DNA of 64,000 bases from Octopus vulgaris (lineage: Eukaryota), in the NCBI GenBank assembly GCA_951406725.2, contig OX597817.1, positions 107,322,001 through 107,386,000 of the forward strand. The letters are read 5' to 3'. The position numbers were made by a program, and so were the translations under genes. The notes under the pieces are model-generated. The model was not told the origin of the DNA. It worked only from the letters and a program-made list of their open reading frames with translations, and made no database searches. Of this stretch, positions 1-11,830 are shown in pieces (position 1 is the first letter of the stretch; each line of letters opens with the position of its first letter).

Positions 1-30
1 TTTCCTTCTCTGATTTAGTTTTCCTTTTAA

Positions 31-321
31 TACCCTACAGAATGCAATCCACAGAAGACATTTAAAAACTTATCCTCCTTACTTCAAATACATGGAAAGG
101 GCCACACTAAACATGAAATAGACTATTTATCCAATTTTAAATACAGACCTAGACTGGTCTACAAATTACCTAAAATACACAAAAATCTACATATTTGTAA
201 AGCTTGTAAAGTTTCTCCAAGCCTGTGCATTAATGTTCCTCCCCCTACTGACCTCAAACTGAGACCCATCATTGCTGGCCCTGCTTGTGAAATCCATCGT
301 TTGAGCAACTTCCTCGACAAG
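31..321 (+). pseudogene. Penelope-like element (PLE) reverse transcriptase N-terminal fragment
   Basis: Frame 1 reads YPTECNPQKTFKNL...YKLPKIHK...LKLRPIIAGPACEIHRLSNFLD. This matches the PLE RT motifs Y(G)LPKIHK and LRPII. Truncated by a stop at 322-324. Confidence 0.8.
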
Positions 322-564
322 TGAGGGTGGATGAGTTTCAAGTGAGGGTGGATGAGTGTATACTTATAGGCGCATGTACGTGGGTGTGCGGGCGCGCATA
401 TGTAGGTATGGACATGCGCGCTTATGCGAATACTCTGAAAACTTTTACCCCTTACTTTTACTTCCTCCCCTCACTTAGCGGTCATTCAAATAGTTCTTTT
501 GTCTTAATAACAGTCAATCGCACAATAACATCCCTTTTTTTAACGGTCATTTTCATAGCATTTT

Positions 565-735
565 TCCCGATGGCAGAAGAGATGGCAGCGTGGATTTCCA
601 CCCTGACATCCGAAACTCGGAGTTTTATCATGGGTACCGAATAATTGTCACATATTACATTTACAGATAAATTCCTCTATTTACATAATATCGAGGTCTC
701 TTTCATTCTTTTGTTGTCTTACCATTTTTATCAAT
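565..735 (+). mobile_element. PLE-type terminal (pLTR-like) repeat with degenerate hammerhead motif
   Basis: CAGAAGA(574-580), long stem II, GAAA-CTC-G-GAG-TT, stem I GATGG/TTATC. Ends in (TA)n. The 3' part recurs at 41146-41245. Confidence 0.55.
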
Positions 736-783
736 ATATATATATATATGTATGTATACTTATTCTAAATATATATATATATT

Positions 784-932
784 CGACGAGCTTCTTTCAG
801 TCTCCGTTTACCAAATACACAAGACTTTGGTCGGCCTGAGGCTATAGTAGGAGAGACTTGCCCAAGGGGACTGAACCCGGAATCATGTGGTTGGGAAGCA
901 AGCTTTTCACCACACAGCCACTCCTGCGCCTA
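784..932 (-). mobile_element. tRNA-derived SINE, family A (head GGCGCAGGAGTGGCTGTGTGGT)
   Basis: A-box TGGCTGTGTGG and B-box GGTTCAGTCCC on the minus strand; many similar copies in the window. Confidence 0.85.
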
Positions 933-2167
933 TAGGTTATAATTTGATGCAAGTTAGTAGTTGAAAACTGACGAAAAGTTGTTGAATCGATGTGACTTGG
1001 GGACAATTTGACCGCTCTTCCTAGTATGTAAAGCTTGGAACTACACAGAAGCACCTTGACATTAATTTCAAATTTTGTGTTTCACATTTCAGACACGCAT
1101 GTTGCTGTTGTTTAACCCTAAGATCTTCCCAGCTCAAACGGATTTATGATCAAAGCATTGTCCACGACGACCAGTCTTATTTCAAGTGAAACTGCTAGGT
1201 GTGATTTAAAGAAAATTTAGTTGTTATTTTAGCAAGTCGGGCGACCGCTCGGAAAGTCTCTTGTTGACATACATGTGTTGTATGTACGCTAAATACACTT
1301 ATAAAACATTTAAGATATAAATTTTTATGTGCGAAAATTAATGTAGCTACGTACATAGATAAATGTACGTTCTTTAGATATGCATATGTAAGTGTGTATG
1401 CACGTGAGTGTGAGTATGTGTGCGCGCGCATATAGGTTTGTATTGATAGATTTAAGCGAATGACGTAAACTCTGTTGGAATAAGGTACGGCTCATTAAAG
1501 AAATATTGTATAATATTTTAATCGCATCTCATTGTTCAGTCGAGTTTTAACCCATTTGCAGAACCACCTAGACTGTAATAAACCGCTAGATTCTCATTTG
1601 CTATATTAATTAGATACCATTTCTTCTTCGACATAAAAGTCACGTAAAAGAACATACTCTAACGTTAATTATTGCATAATTCTGCAAAGGATCGTGTTTT
1701 TCGCAAGTTTTTTTATTTTATTTTACTATGTGACCTTTATTTACGTATGCTTCCTAAGTATACGGAAATTTTCATAATATAAATATCTCTGATTATACAC
1801 GCTATTATGAAAAAAATTCTTTTTATCTATGAGAATATTTCCGAGAAAAGGTCAACTGTATTGTCATACAATCTAAACTTGATTTTCGGGATGGTTTAGA
1901 CTGAATGAAAACATGTTCGTTTTATATACTTAGTACTTATGTACATTTGAAGAAAGCTTTAAATCCCACGAAATATTTAAGATTAGTATTGGGGTTTTTT
2001 AAATGAACACGAGCAGAGCATGTGAATGAGTTCAGCGAACGCTATTGCGAATCCTAGCTTAGTCCTTAAAGAATTCATATTCTTATTTTTTAATACTCGT
2101 TGGGTAGCTTTCATTTTTGTAGCTAGATACGTCTTTCGTGAATAGATTTCACAACGACCTTTGCATG

Positions 2168-2383
2168 TTGGTTTCAGATTTTGGTACAAGGCCAACAATT
2201 TCAGGGTAAAGGATAAGTCGATTACATTGACCTCAGTGATCAAATGGTACTTATTTTATCAATCCCGAAAGGATGAAAGGCAAAGTCGACCTCAGAGAAA
2301 TTTGAACTCAGAACCTAAAAAACGGATGAAATGCCGTTAAGCATTTTGTTCGGCGGGTCAACGATTCTGCCAGCTCACCGCCT
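2168..2383 (-). mobile_element. tRNA-derived SINE, family B (head GGCGGTGAGCTGGCAGAATCGTT)
   Basis: B-box GAGTTCAAATT and conserved body GTCGACTTTGCCTTTCATCCTTTCGGG; more than 10 copies in the window. Confidence 0.85.
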
Positions 2384-3729
2384 TACTGCTTTTACATATT
2401 AATCGGTAAATTAAATATGTGTAAAGCCTTTGTTTATTTTATAAAGATATCTCTGAAACGTTTTCCTTTCCTCGATGAAGAATATTATCCGAAACGTAAG
2501 AAGCTCCCCTAACGACATACGAACTTAAAAACAATTATCATCTACTAATTGAAACCGATGCAGCCCACCAATATTTATCGCTGGTTCTATTCTTTCTTCA
2601 TTTACTCTCCCAGTTTGCAATATCTCCCAATTTTCACGGTATTATTTCATATTGTCTTTTCTAAATTTGTTATTTTGCTGAGCAAATGGCATAACATGAA
2701 TCCTTGACTACACTACCTGCCAATATATACACCTAGAACAAGGAAGACTATAAGCAATCGTCTAGAAATAGCAACCAAATTTCACTCGAACCACAATCTA
2801 ACGTCTTATAAGACACATTGCGCAAATTAGTTCCTGTTATACTAAAAATAGATGGGGCGGTCACAAGTGGAATGCTTTTGATCATACGTATATTCGATTA
2901 GGGCTAATCTGATGTTACATAATACAAGGAACGTATAATAATTTGTGCAGTATTATATATTAAATTTGTTTGTGGAGGTCATTCTAGCGAACATATTCCT
3001 TGGGGAATGGCTATTTCGAAGTGTCTTCATTTTGCTCTGACATCTAAATAGTGAGAAATGAGTATTATTTTTTTCATGTTCAAAGCGTAAGGGGCGTTGT
3101 CTTGTAGTACTTCGCGCTGATTTTATAGATGTCAGACACCTCTAATGTTATTAACAACGACGCCAATAGAAGAATGTCCCCACCATTTCCACCTATTGTT
3201 ACGATATTAATCTCTCACATATTCCCTCACTCAGTCATTAACTCAATCAATCAATGAATTGTTTTTGCTTCACACACATCCACAAACATACGCACCACTC
3301 GCACATACATATTAGCTCTTATTCTTTCTAGCATACATAAGTATATGCTGCATCTCTGTAAATGCGTATCTACTTATAGTTTTAAGCGTATATCTCTATA
3401 TTATATTTTTGTGTAAGCCTTTGTTTTGCACTTGTAATAATCATATAAAAATTTAAATAAACTAAAGATGTTTACAGGAAGAGTGAACAAATAGATTGCA
3501 TAAAATGTTTCAACATGTACATATAAAAGTACCATTTCTTTATTGTCAATTACACGACCAGCCTGAAATTTCTTAACTTCTTTCAATCAACGTCCACGCC
3601 AAGTTAGAATTTATGAATTCAGTACTGACGTGTGTAAAAGGTTTTCTGTTAGAATTTTAAACCACTTTAGTGACTAATGTAAACAAATTTTGTTCAAGGC
3701 ACAGGGGTGATAACTACACGTGTTGTGTT

Positions 3730-3766
3730 ATATCTATCCATCTATCTATCTATCTATCTATCTATC

Positions 3767-3860
<94 letters not shown>

Positions 3861-3868
3861 TATATCTC

Positions 3869-3932
<64 letters not shown>

Positions 3933-3960
3933 GTATGTATGTATATATATATATATATGT
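3730..3960. repeat. Compound (ATCT)n/(AT)n microsatellite
   Basis: Directly visible. Confidence 0.95.
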
Positions 3961-4012
3961 ACGTATGTATAAAGATATACAGGAGTGGATGTGTGGTAAG
4001 AAGCTTGCTTCC

Positions 4013-5863
4013 ACTGGGCATGTGCGAATGATTGTGGTGTTCGGCACCAAAGAGGTGAGACATGCTCTTGAAGCCGTCTCGAATTGAAAAATTTTGAAGC
4101 TCCATTGTAAGGTAAGATTCTGTTTTTTGGGTCCAGTGGGAATTTTTGTTGAGAATTGTTTTTGTACAGGCAGGAAGTCCCACTGGATTCTGAATTCTGG
4201 TTCTGCCTACATGGGGCAAATAATTTTTCTCGCTGAATTGTGAGAATTTTTGTTTGGAGGCGTATTCGTCTTCGGTTTATGTTGAGTGAATATTTTTCTC
4301 ACTTAATTATGAGAATTATTGCTTGTATTGTGCCTTTTGAAGAACTTTAATAATTGTGAGAACTGCTGTTTGGGGGAGTGTCTTTGCCTTCGAAGATTGA
4401 ACAATTTGTATATCAATTTTTGTGGAAGTTGTGTTCCAGTTGTGGCGTTCCGGGTTCAACTTAGGCCGGGAGTACCGAATGGCCGGAAGATTTTTTTGCT
4501 GTGTTCCTGAACTATTGACTTTCTTCTAAACTTTATTTGACTTTCTCCTTTTTGTTTATTGTGACTTTCTTTTGATTTCTTTTTTCTTCTCGCTTTTTAA
4601 GTTTTATTTTGAATATATTTTCAAAAAAGAGAAAAAGAAACATGGCAATGAAAAAAGACAGAGTTTTGGAGTGGGAGATTATACCGCCCAAAAAGTGGTT
4701 GAAAGACCGCGAAGATAGGACAGTGGTGTTGAGAACCTACTCCAAGTCACTCAACACCAACTCCCTATTCGAAAAGACGGCAATTGAAAAGGAGTTGGCA
4801 GAGTATTTGCCAACAATGAAATTCATTTCCAGGGGTGTCAGATATGCAACGGTGTGGTTGCTATTTGATACCCCTGAAGAGGCTCGCAAATTTGCTAGTC
4901 AACCCTTGGAGGGTGAGGAAATTTTGTTCCTTCCCACGTATTATGGAAGGAGGTTGACGAAAGCTTGGGTCTGCGGATTGCCACCCGGGATAAAACCCGA
5001 GTGGATAGAGGAGACTATCCACCGGGGTCTGGGTGGCAGCGGGACCAAGCTTCTTTATGTGAAAGTTCTTCCTGCGGCTGATTGGGTTGGGTCAAAAGCT
5101 GTTTTGACCCTTTGGACCCAATCAGCCAATCTGGTTTTTCCAGATTTTTTGAAAATGGCCGGGTGCAGGTACCCGGTGATACTTGAGGGTCGTCCCCCCA
5201 GGTGTCATCGGTTCCTGGAGTCCGGCCATATAAAGAAAAACTGTCCCCGGGAACAAAATAAGGCCCCGGAGCAGTTGAGTGAGACCTCTGTAGAAGAGGG
5301 AATGAAGGCGGCCAAGGAAGAGGAGGACTCCTCAAACAGGGACCGAAAGAGGAAGAAGGTGAGCAACAATGTGTGCTCACCGAAGGATCCTAGGGATGAG
5401 GATGGGAAGGCGAATCTTCCGGCCACGGAGGAGACGCACCCTCCCTCAGTTGAAGGGAAAAAAAGAGGAAGAGGAAGAGAAACGGGACATTGCCGGCAGT
5501 CGGTGACATAATGTTTGACGTGACGTTTGGGCTGAAGGGGCTCAATGAGGAATATCGCTTGTACCCGGGCAACTCGATTCGGTTTTGAAAGAGGCGTGGA
5601 GGATGGTAGAGGATGCGGGCACAAGTTATTTTGAGGGTGAGTTATATATTGTGACACTGTGTGACACAAACATTTGATAATAGGCACTTCGCATTCTTTC
5701 TGAACTCCCGGCTGACAACGTGGTCTGCTCTGCAGGTGGCTAGATATTTGACTGGTGGTCCGGAAAGAGGAGGAAGGGAAAAGTGATAATGTATTTTTTA
5801 TGTTTGGTTGACATGTTGATTTTTATGTAAGTGTAAGGTGTCCATGGCTAATTTGATAAAATA
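4013..5863 (+). mobile_element. Non-autonomous ORF1-only non-LTR retroelement (HAL1/Tx1-like)
   Basis: Flanked by AAGAAGCTTGCTTCC at 3998-4012 and 5864-5878. About 630-bp 5' UTR, a gag-like ORF, a T-rich 3' UTR ending in AATAA(A), and no RT/EN ORF. Confidence 0.75.
4642..5511 (+). CDS. L1/Tx1-type ORF1 (gag-like nucleic-acid chaperone)
   Basis: ORF 4609-5511 with first ATG at 4642. RRM-like segment (ATVWLLFDTPEEARKF), V...GLPP motif, zinc knuckle CHRFLESGHIKKNC (CX2CX4HX4C with the second C replaced by F), then a charged low-complexity tail. Coding-like frameshifted continuation to about 5740. Confidence 0.75.
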   Translation: MAMKKDRVLEWEIIPPKKWLKDREDRTVVLRTYSKSLNTNSLFEKTAIEKELAEYLPTMKFISRGVRYATVWLLFDTPEEARKFASQPLEGEEILFLPTYYGRRLTKAWVCGLPPGIKPEWIEETIHRGLGGSGTKLLYVKVLPAADWVGSKAVLTLWTQSANLVFPDFLKMAGCRYPVILEGRPPRCHRFLESGHIKKNCPREQNKAPEQLSETSVEEGMKAAKEEEDSSNRDRKRKKVSNNVCSPKDPRDEDGKANLPATEETHPPSVEGKKRGRGRETGHCRQSVT

Positions 5864-5878
5864 AAGAAGCTTGCTTCC

Positions 5879-6371
5879 CGGAGGGAGGAGCCCATGCCCT
5901 GGACAGGGGACGAGAAGTGGCTTTCGCAGGTGACTACGAAGATCATATCGGATGTTGCTATGGTCAGAGTAATGAATACCTTCTCAAAGGACATGTTTAG
6001 ATACGCCTTGAGGGGCCCCGACCAAGAGCTGGCGCATTGCCTAAGGGAAGTGTAAGCCAGGTCTGGGAGGAGGGGCTTTGTGTATTGTATTTATATTTAT
6101 TATATGTAATTATTGAACTATATTGTTGTTAGTAATGGACTGTTAAGTCCAAAAATTGAAAAGTTGTAAAAGTTGTAAGAGGTTTAATACCTCGTTTTGT
6201 GTTTGGTTTTAAAGAACAATGTTTTAGAGAAGCAGAAGTCGGCGGGCGCTTTTTGTCTTCTCCCATCCTTATCATCTTTCTTTCATTATCATTAATTTCA
6301 TTAATGTCCTTGTCCAGCCCGCAAAGCTACTTTACTCTATGTACTGCCTTTATGGCAAATGTAATGAAATA
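5879..6371 (+). mobile_element. 5'-truncated second retroelement (ORF C-terminus plus 3' UTR)
   Basis: Open frame 5879-6055 (RREEPMPWTGDEKW...LAHCLREV*) starts right at the junction. T-rich UTR ends in AATAA(A). Flanked by the same 15-mer at 5864-5878 and 6372-6386. Confidence 0.7.
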
Positions 6372-6523
6372 AAGAAGCTTGCTTCCAAACCACATGGTTC
6401 CCGGTTCAGTCCCACTGCGTGCGTTCTGTTATATCCTCAGGTCGACGAAAGCCTTGTGAGGGGATTTGGTAGACGGAAACTGAAAGAAGCCTGTCGTATA
6501 TATATATATATATATATATATAA

Positions 6524-6800
6524 GGAGAGAATTCACAAAAGACGAAGAAAGGTGGTGTAGACAACAAACAGATGTATTAGTTTAACGTTCGGGATGTGGA
6601 AAAGTCTCTAATGTTTCGAGCCTACGCTCTTCTACAGAAACGAACACCGAAAGAAACAAGGGGAGAAAATAAAGAATGTGTACTGGCTAGCGATCTATCA
6701 TGGCGAATGCCAGACAGAAGGGTCACACAGGAGAGATAGGGGAGATAATAAAGTAGCGGTGATCCCAAAGTAGCGGTGCGTGTGGAAGAAGGGTGGTGAC
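6524..6800 (-). mobile_element. (TA)n-embedded PLE-like terminal repeat with hammerhead-like motif
   Basis: Minus strand CTGTAGAA-GAGC-GTAG-GCTC-GAAACATTA at about 6609-6637; similar to the 15655-15850 element. Confidence 0.5.
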
Positions 6801-6881
6801 CTTGACGTGTCGTGCGTGTATGTGTAGGTGTGAATGTATATATATATTTGTACATATATCTATGTCAATATATTATTATTA

Positions 6882-6920
<39 letters not shown>

Positions 6921-7589
6921 GTTGAGGGAAGTTACGAAATGATAAGTGCCACGGACGAAACTCACGGTCCTTGATTCACTCTGTAACTTCTGCTGATTAT
7001 TCGTAAAATACATAATATATAGTGTGTGTGTGTGTGTTTGCGTGCGAGTGTGTGTTTGTACAAGAAACGTAAACTCATTGGCTTAACAAGGTAACAGAAT
7101 GATGTAGAAAATATTTATAACAGCTGCTGACCTTCCCACAAAAAGGGCCCTGAGCGCTGCTCTTCCTCCTCTAACCAAACCATTAAAAAACAAACAATAA
7201 TAAACCCCGACGTACGCAAAAACGTTTCCATTTCTAAGCTAATTACATCTTTCTGTACTGATGTTGTATACAGTCTTTCAACAGATCGATACGTTTAAGA
7301 AGAAACTAACAACGCCTTTCGATGAGGAAACGGACTTTTCTATTACTTTACATATCTTTGTATAAAACTTCATGTGTATCCTCCAACATTCAATTCACCG
7401 CGAGCCTGATCACGTTTAACAGCTAAATGTTCTTCAGTATACTAAAATTGTCATCCATCCAGTTCTCTGCCCGCTGTTGGTTGGAGTCCGCAGGTACCTC
7501 ACCTGCTCTAAAGATTCCCATCAGATGCAACAGGCATTAGACTTTCCGACTGGATTCCCAAGCCTGACCAACTGAGACTAAGAATATTA

Positions 7590-7865
7590 TCTAATCATCT
7601 CATTCCTAATCTACCCCAAGTCTCCTGCTAGTTGGTTTGGCTAGAAGAATTCGACTTGCGATTCTTTCCTGCGACATTTTAATCACTAGAGTTGTGACCT
7701 CTCAACGCAGGGAAATAACGGTTCAAATCGTGAGTGACACCTTGATCTCCCAGTTATGCACTGACGAGTAACGTTACTCCAGAAATCCATCGGAGGAATT
7801 CTATTTAGGCCGCTTGTAATCGCTGTCCTATTCTTGCGGTCATTACCCAACATCAATGCAGCGTT
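7590..7865 (+). pseudogene. Possible Ty3/gypsy gag relic
   Basis: Broken frames give YPKSPASWFG and LFLRSLP, resembling gypsy gag F..DP..WF and LFL.RLP motifs. Very degenerate. Confidence 0.3.
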
Positions 7866-8413
7866 TAATTTAAAGGAAAATATAAAAATCTTTTTCTCTG
7901 AACAATCCTATTTTCACCATTAATAGTGTTAGATATTTCCACTAACCAGCCTCGACTATCGACCGATCAATTGTTTAAATATAAGTTTTTATACAGAAAA
8001 TGTAAGAAAGAAAGTAAGAAAAACAAAAACAAAAATAAAAGAATACTGGCATATTATATTCAAAACTGAATGTTGAAAGATTTCTGGATACTTCTATTTC
8101 ATCGAAAGCCTTGCTGTCGAAGAACATCACAGAGAGAGGGGGCGAGTAAAGAAGCACATATTTTTTTACAATGTCGCAGTGACATGGACATTGACTAAAG
8201 TTACCTTTTCAGCTTTCATCATTTTGGTAATATGATCCTATTTCAACAACTTCATAAAATCATATTTCCTATAAAATCGATCTTCTTGATATAAGTAGCA
8301 GAAACAGCGTTAGTCTTTACAACTGAAATAACAATAAAACAACAACAACAACAGCAGCAGCAGCAGCGACGACGACGGCGACGACGATGATGATGTTGAT
8401 GATAATAATAAAG

Positions 8414-8486
<73 letters not shown>

Positions 8487-8487
<1 letters not shown>

Positions 8488-8862
8488 CCTTTCTACTATA
8501 GCACAGGGCCTGAAATTTTTGGGAAAGGGACTAGTTGATTGCATCGACCCCAGTGTTTCACTGGTACTTAATCTATCAGCTCTGAAAGGATGAAAAGCAA
8601 AGTCGACCTCGGCAGAATTTGAACTCAGAACGTAACGGCAGACGAACTACCTATTTCTTTACCACCCACAAGGGCTAAACACAGAGAGGACAAACAAGGA
8701 CAGACAAACGGATTAAGTCGATTATATCGACCCCAGTGTGTAACTGGTACTTATTTAATCGACCCCGAAAGGATGAAAGGCAAAGTCGACCTCGGCGGAA
8801 TTTGAACTCACAACGTAGCGGCAGACGAAATACCGCTAAGCATTCCGTCCAGCGTACTAACG

Positions 8863-8866
<4 letters not shown>
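8487..8866 (-). mobile_element. Family B SINE, dimeric/composite copy flanked by (TAA)n
   Basis: Two copies of the GAAAGGATGAAA..GTCGACCTCGGC body with one head. Confidence 0.85.
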
Positions 8867-8907
<41 letters not shown>

Positions 8908-9532
8908 TCACTGCTGATGAAATAGACGTTGTTTACAAGTTAGTCTCCGAGGCAAAAGATATTACAAGATGAAATAACATATTTTCCTTCCCAAAAATAC
9001 TTCTAGAGTACATGGGTTGACAAAAGGAAAAAAAAATAATAATGATAAAGTTTGTACTTTTACTTTTGATCAAAGTTTATTTTGCGTTCGTGTTAGTTCA
9101 CAAAACACGAAGGCGAAAAGAGAAACTGAAAGTGTACAAAATAACGTATTCCATACGCAGAAAAAATGTAAAAATAAAATATTACTATATTAATTGCAAC
9201 ACACTTCAATAGTGGCCACGAACAAAGGGAAAACACTAACATTTGAACATTGAGCTTAAATATATCGAACGGAAATATCAATAATATCAGTATATATAAA
9301 CATACTACGTACAAACGTGAAGGCATTCTTGGATCTAATGATTCACTCCTGATGATGAAGATAGGGTGATTATATTTGCTGACACACTAGTTGTGCTTTG
9401 AGTCGCCTTGAGACTAGCAGCTTCTATGGTTTGTTTTTGTTGTTGTTGCTTTTATTCTCTTAAGTTTTCTGCAGGAAGCCTTAGTGAATGAAAGCAACAA
9501 TAACAAAAATTAAGTGTACCTAAATTAAAAAC

Positions 9533-9548
9533 CATTATTATTATTATC

Positions 9549-9599
<51 letters not shown>

Positions 9600-9609
9600 G
9601 TTATTGTTA

Positions 9610-9692
<83 letters not shown>

Positions 9693-9712
9693 ATTGTTAT
9701 TATTATTATTAT
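9533..9712. repeat. (TTA)n/(TTG)n microsatellite
   Basis: Directly visible. Confidence 0.95.
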
Positions 9713-10265
9713 TTTCATTAGCAACTTCTTTCAATTCCGTTTCCATTTCTTGCTGAGTGTCTTCCTCACACCCAGGGCAGAGAAACGTACTGTATACATT
9801 AGTAGGCCATTAAAATAAACACACCAGATTGTTCATTTACGAAGTCATGGAATAGAGAAAAAGGGGAAGACAGAGAGAAAAAATAAAAAATGAAAAAATA
9901 AAAAAGTAAACAAATAAAATAAAGGGGGAAAAGTAAAGAAAATTTACAGGATGTACGCACTATATCTGACCACTGCAACTGCCCAGATATTCATTGCGGT
10001 AATCAAATTCCATACCGATGTCCCTGCCACACTTCTGAACTGTTTTGGTTAAGGAATCTATCTGTTTTTCAGATTTCTCAAACAATTTCAGGTCATGCAT
10101 AAAGAGAATGGTTCAATGATGAGCCCTTCTCACATCGGTAACCCACCTTAACTTTCCTAAGTGTCATTGTTATGGGTATTAGAGCAATTACAAAAAGTAA
10201 CGGAGAAAACGAGTCACCTTGGAAGATTCCCCTTGTACAATTTGGTTTTCCACTCTTTCATGCTA
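9713..10265 (-). pseudogene. R4/Dong-like non-LTR retrotransposon RT remnant, internally deleted, with 3' UTR ending in (TAA)n
   Basis: Minus strand RGIFQGDSFSPLLFVIALIP...LFMHDLKLF...DIGMEF / NLITAMNIWAVAVVRYSA, which are RT motifs typical of RLE-clade elements. Confidence 0.8.
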
Positions 10266-10267
10266 TG

Positions 10268-10432
<165 letters not shown>

Positions 10433-11045
10433 TTGTTATACCCCGAGATCTCGTTCCGGTTAATTCTGTGAGAGCAGACAACCTGTTGTCAAAGGGCTTC
10501 CAGGGTCTCTCAGGGTCTCCTTCCACGAATTATAAGACTTGATGCCTTGATGTTAAATATCGTGGAAGGTACTTAACACCCAAGTACCAATCTCAAAATC
10601 CTCGCTCTCCTCAATAGAGCAATTTTCTGAGCATGCCTTACTCTTAATTCCAATTTCTCCGACATACTTCTCAAACTTGGCTGTTAGTGTTCCCAGTGTC
10701 CTTACAACTACTGGGATGACAGTTACTCTCTTCGTTACCCACATTCTTGCAATATCGTCTTTTAGTAACTTGTTGTTTTCCACCTTTTCCAGTTCCTAAT
10801 CACTTACGCGTGCGTTCCCAGGTATGGCAATATCTATAATCTTAGTTTCCTTTTTCGTTTTATCCACTACAACAATGACCGACATTTGAGCATCTACTAA
10901 AGAGTCACACTGGATTGTAAAATCCCACGAGATCCTATACATTATTGTCAGTGACGCCTTCTGGCTTATGTTCTTATCATTTCTGTGTTCTCCCTAGATC
11001 GCACTTCTCGCAGAACCTCCAGTGAACAAACTTAGCCATGTCATC
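10433..11045 (-). pseudogene. 5'-truncated R4/Dong-like element: restriction-like endonuclease domain plus 3' UTR
   Basis: Minus strand MAKFVHW..C...EHKPEGV...WDFTIQCD...IVVVDK...IIDIAIPG...EKV...IPVVV.TLG...ARILR; contains stops and frameshifts. Confidence 0.85.
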
Positions 11046-11371
11046 ATATTATTCCATTTGTTTATTTCGCCCAGAAAACAGTAGAAGCAGATGGCAATAA
11101 TGAAAATGATTGTTGCGCTGAGAACAATAATAACAATGTTGATGATAATAATGATAATTTAAAATCCACTTGCAACGTATAAAAATGCGCATGCTACGTT
11201 AGAAAATCTTGATAACTAATGCAGATTCTAAAGGCTTACCTCATACAAAGCAAAACTAGATCCTATAGTTTATATAGACAGAAAATAACAAACAGAAACA
11301 AGAAACAAACAAACATATATTTTTGTTTTTGCTGTATGCTATTGTATAAACCGTCATCATATTATTCCATT

Positions 11372-11830
11372 GTTCTGGATTCTGCCCCACTGAGTGTCAC
11401 CTTGGACAAGTATCTTCTCCTATAGCACCGGGCCGACCAAAGCTTTGTGAGTGGATTTGGTTGACGAAAACTGAAAGAAGCCCGAGGTATATGCATATAT
11501 CTGTGTATATGTGTGTGTTTGTGCATGTATGTGCATGTGTATATGTGTGTGTATGAGTGTGCATGTATGTGTATGTGTGTATGTGTGTATGTGTGTAAGT
11601 GTGCAGATGTGTTTGCTTATTTATGTGTGTGTATTTTTGTGTTTGTGTTTGTCTTCCACCACCGTTTGACAACCAATGTTGGTGTGTTTGCGATTCGGCA
11701 AAAACAGAACGATAGAATAAGTACTGGGCTTATAAACAATAAGTTCTGGTGTCAGTTCGTTCGACTAAAATCCTTCAAGGCAGTACTCCAGCATGGCCGT
11801 AGTATAATGACTGAAACAAGTAAAAGATAA
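11372..11830 (+). mobile_element. Family A SINE (5' truncated) with internal (TG)-rich tract and tail
   Basis: CACCTTGGACAAG..GGCCGACCAAAGC..GAAAGAAGCCC; tail CCAGCATGGCCG..GACTGAAACAAGTAAAAGA. Confidence 0.8.

Larger units (their letters stand above)
3980..6500 (+). mobile_element. Family A SINE split by two retroelement insertions
   Basis: Head CAGGAGTGGATGTGTGGTAAGAAGCTTGCTTCC (3980-4012) resumes at 6372 as AAGAAGCTTGCTTCCAAACCACATGGTTCCCGGTTCAGTCCC and runs to about 6497. Confidence 0.9.

Noticed and set aside
5015-5687. Antisense ORFs over the gag-like ORF, and similar shadows over the Tc1 and mariner frames
   Set aside because: Shadow frames of the real coding strand.
8905-9400. CTGATGA motifs near 8914 and 9349
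   Set aside because: No properly placed stem II and GAAA, so these are not hammerheads.
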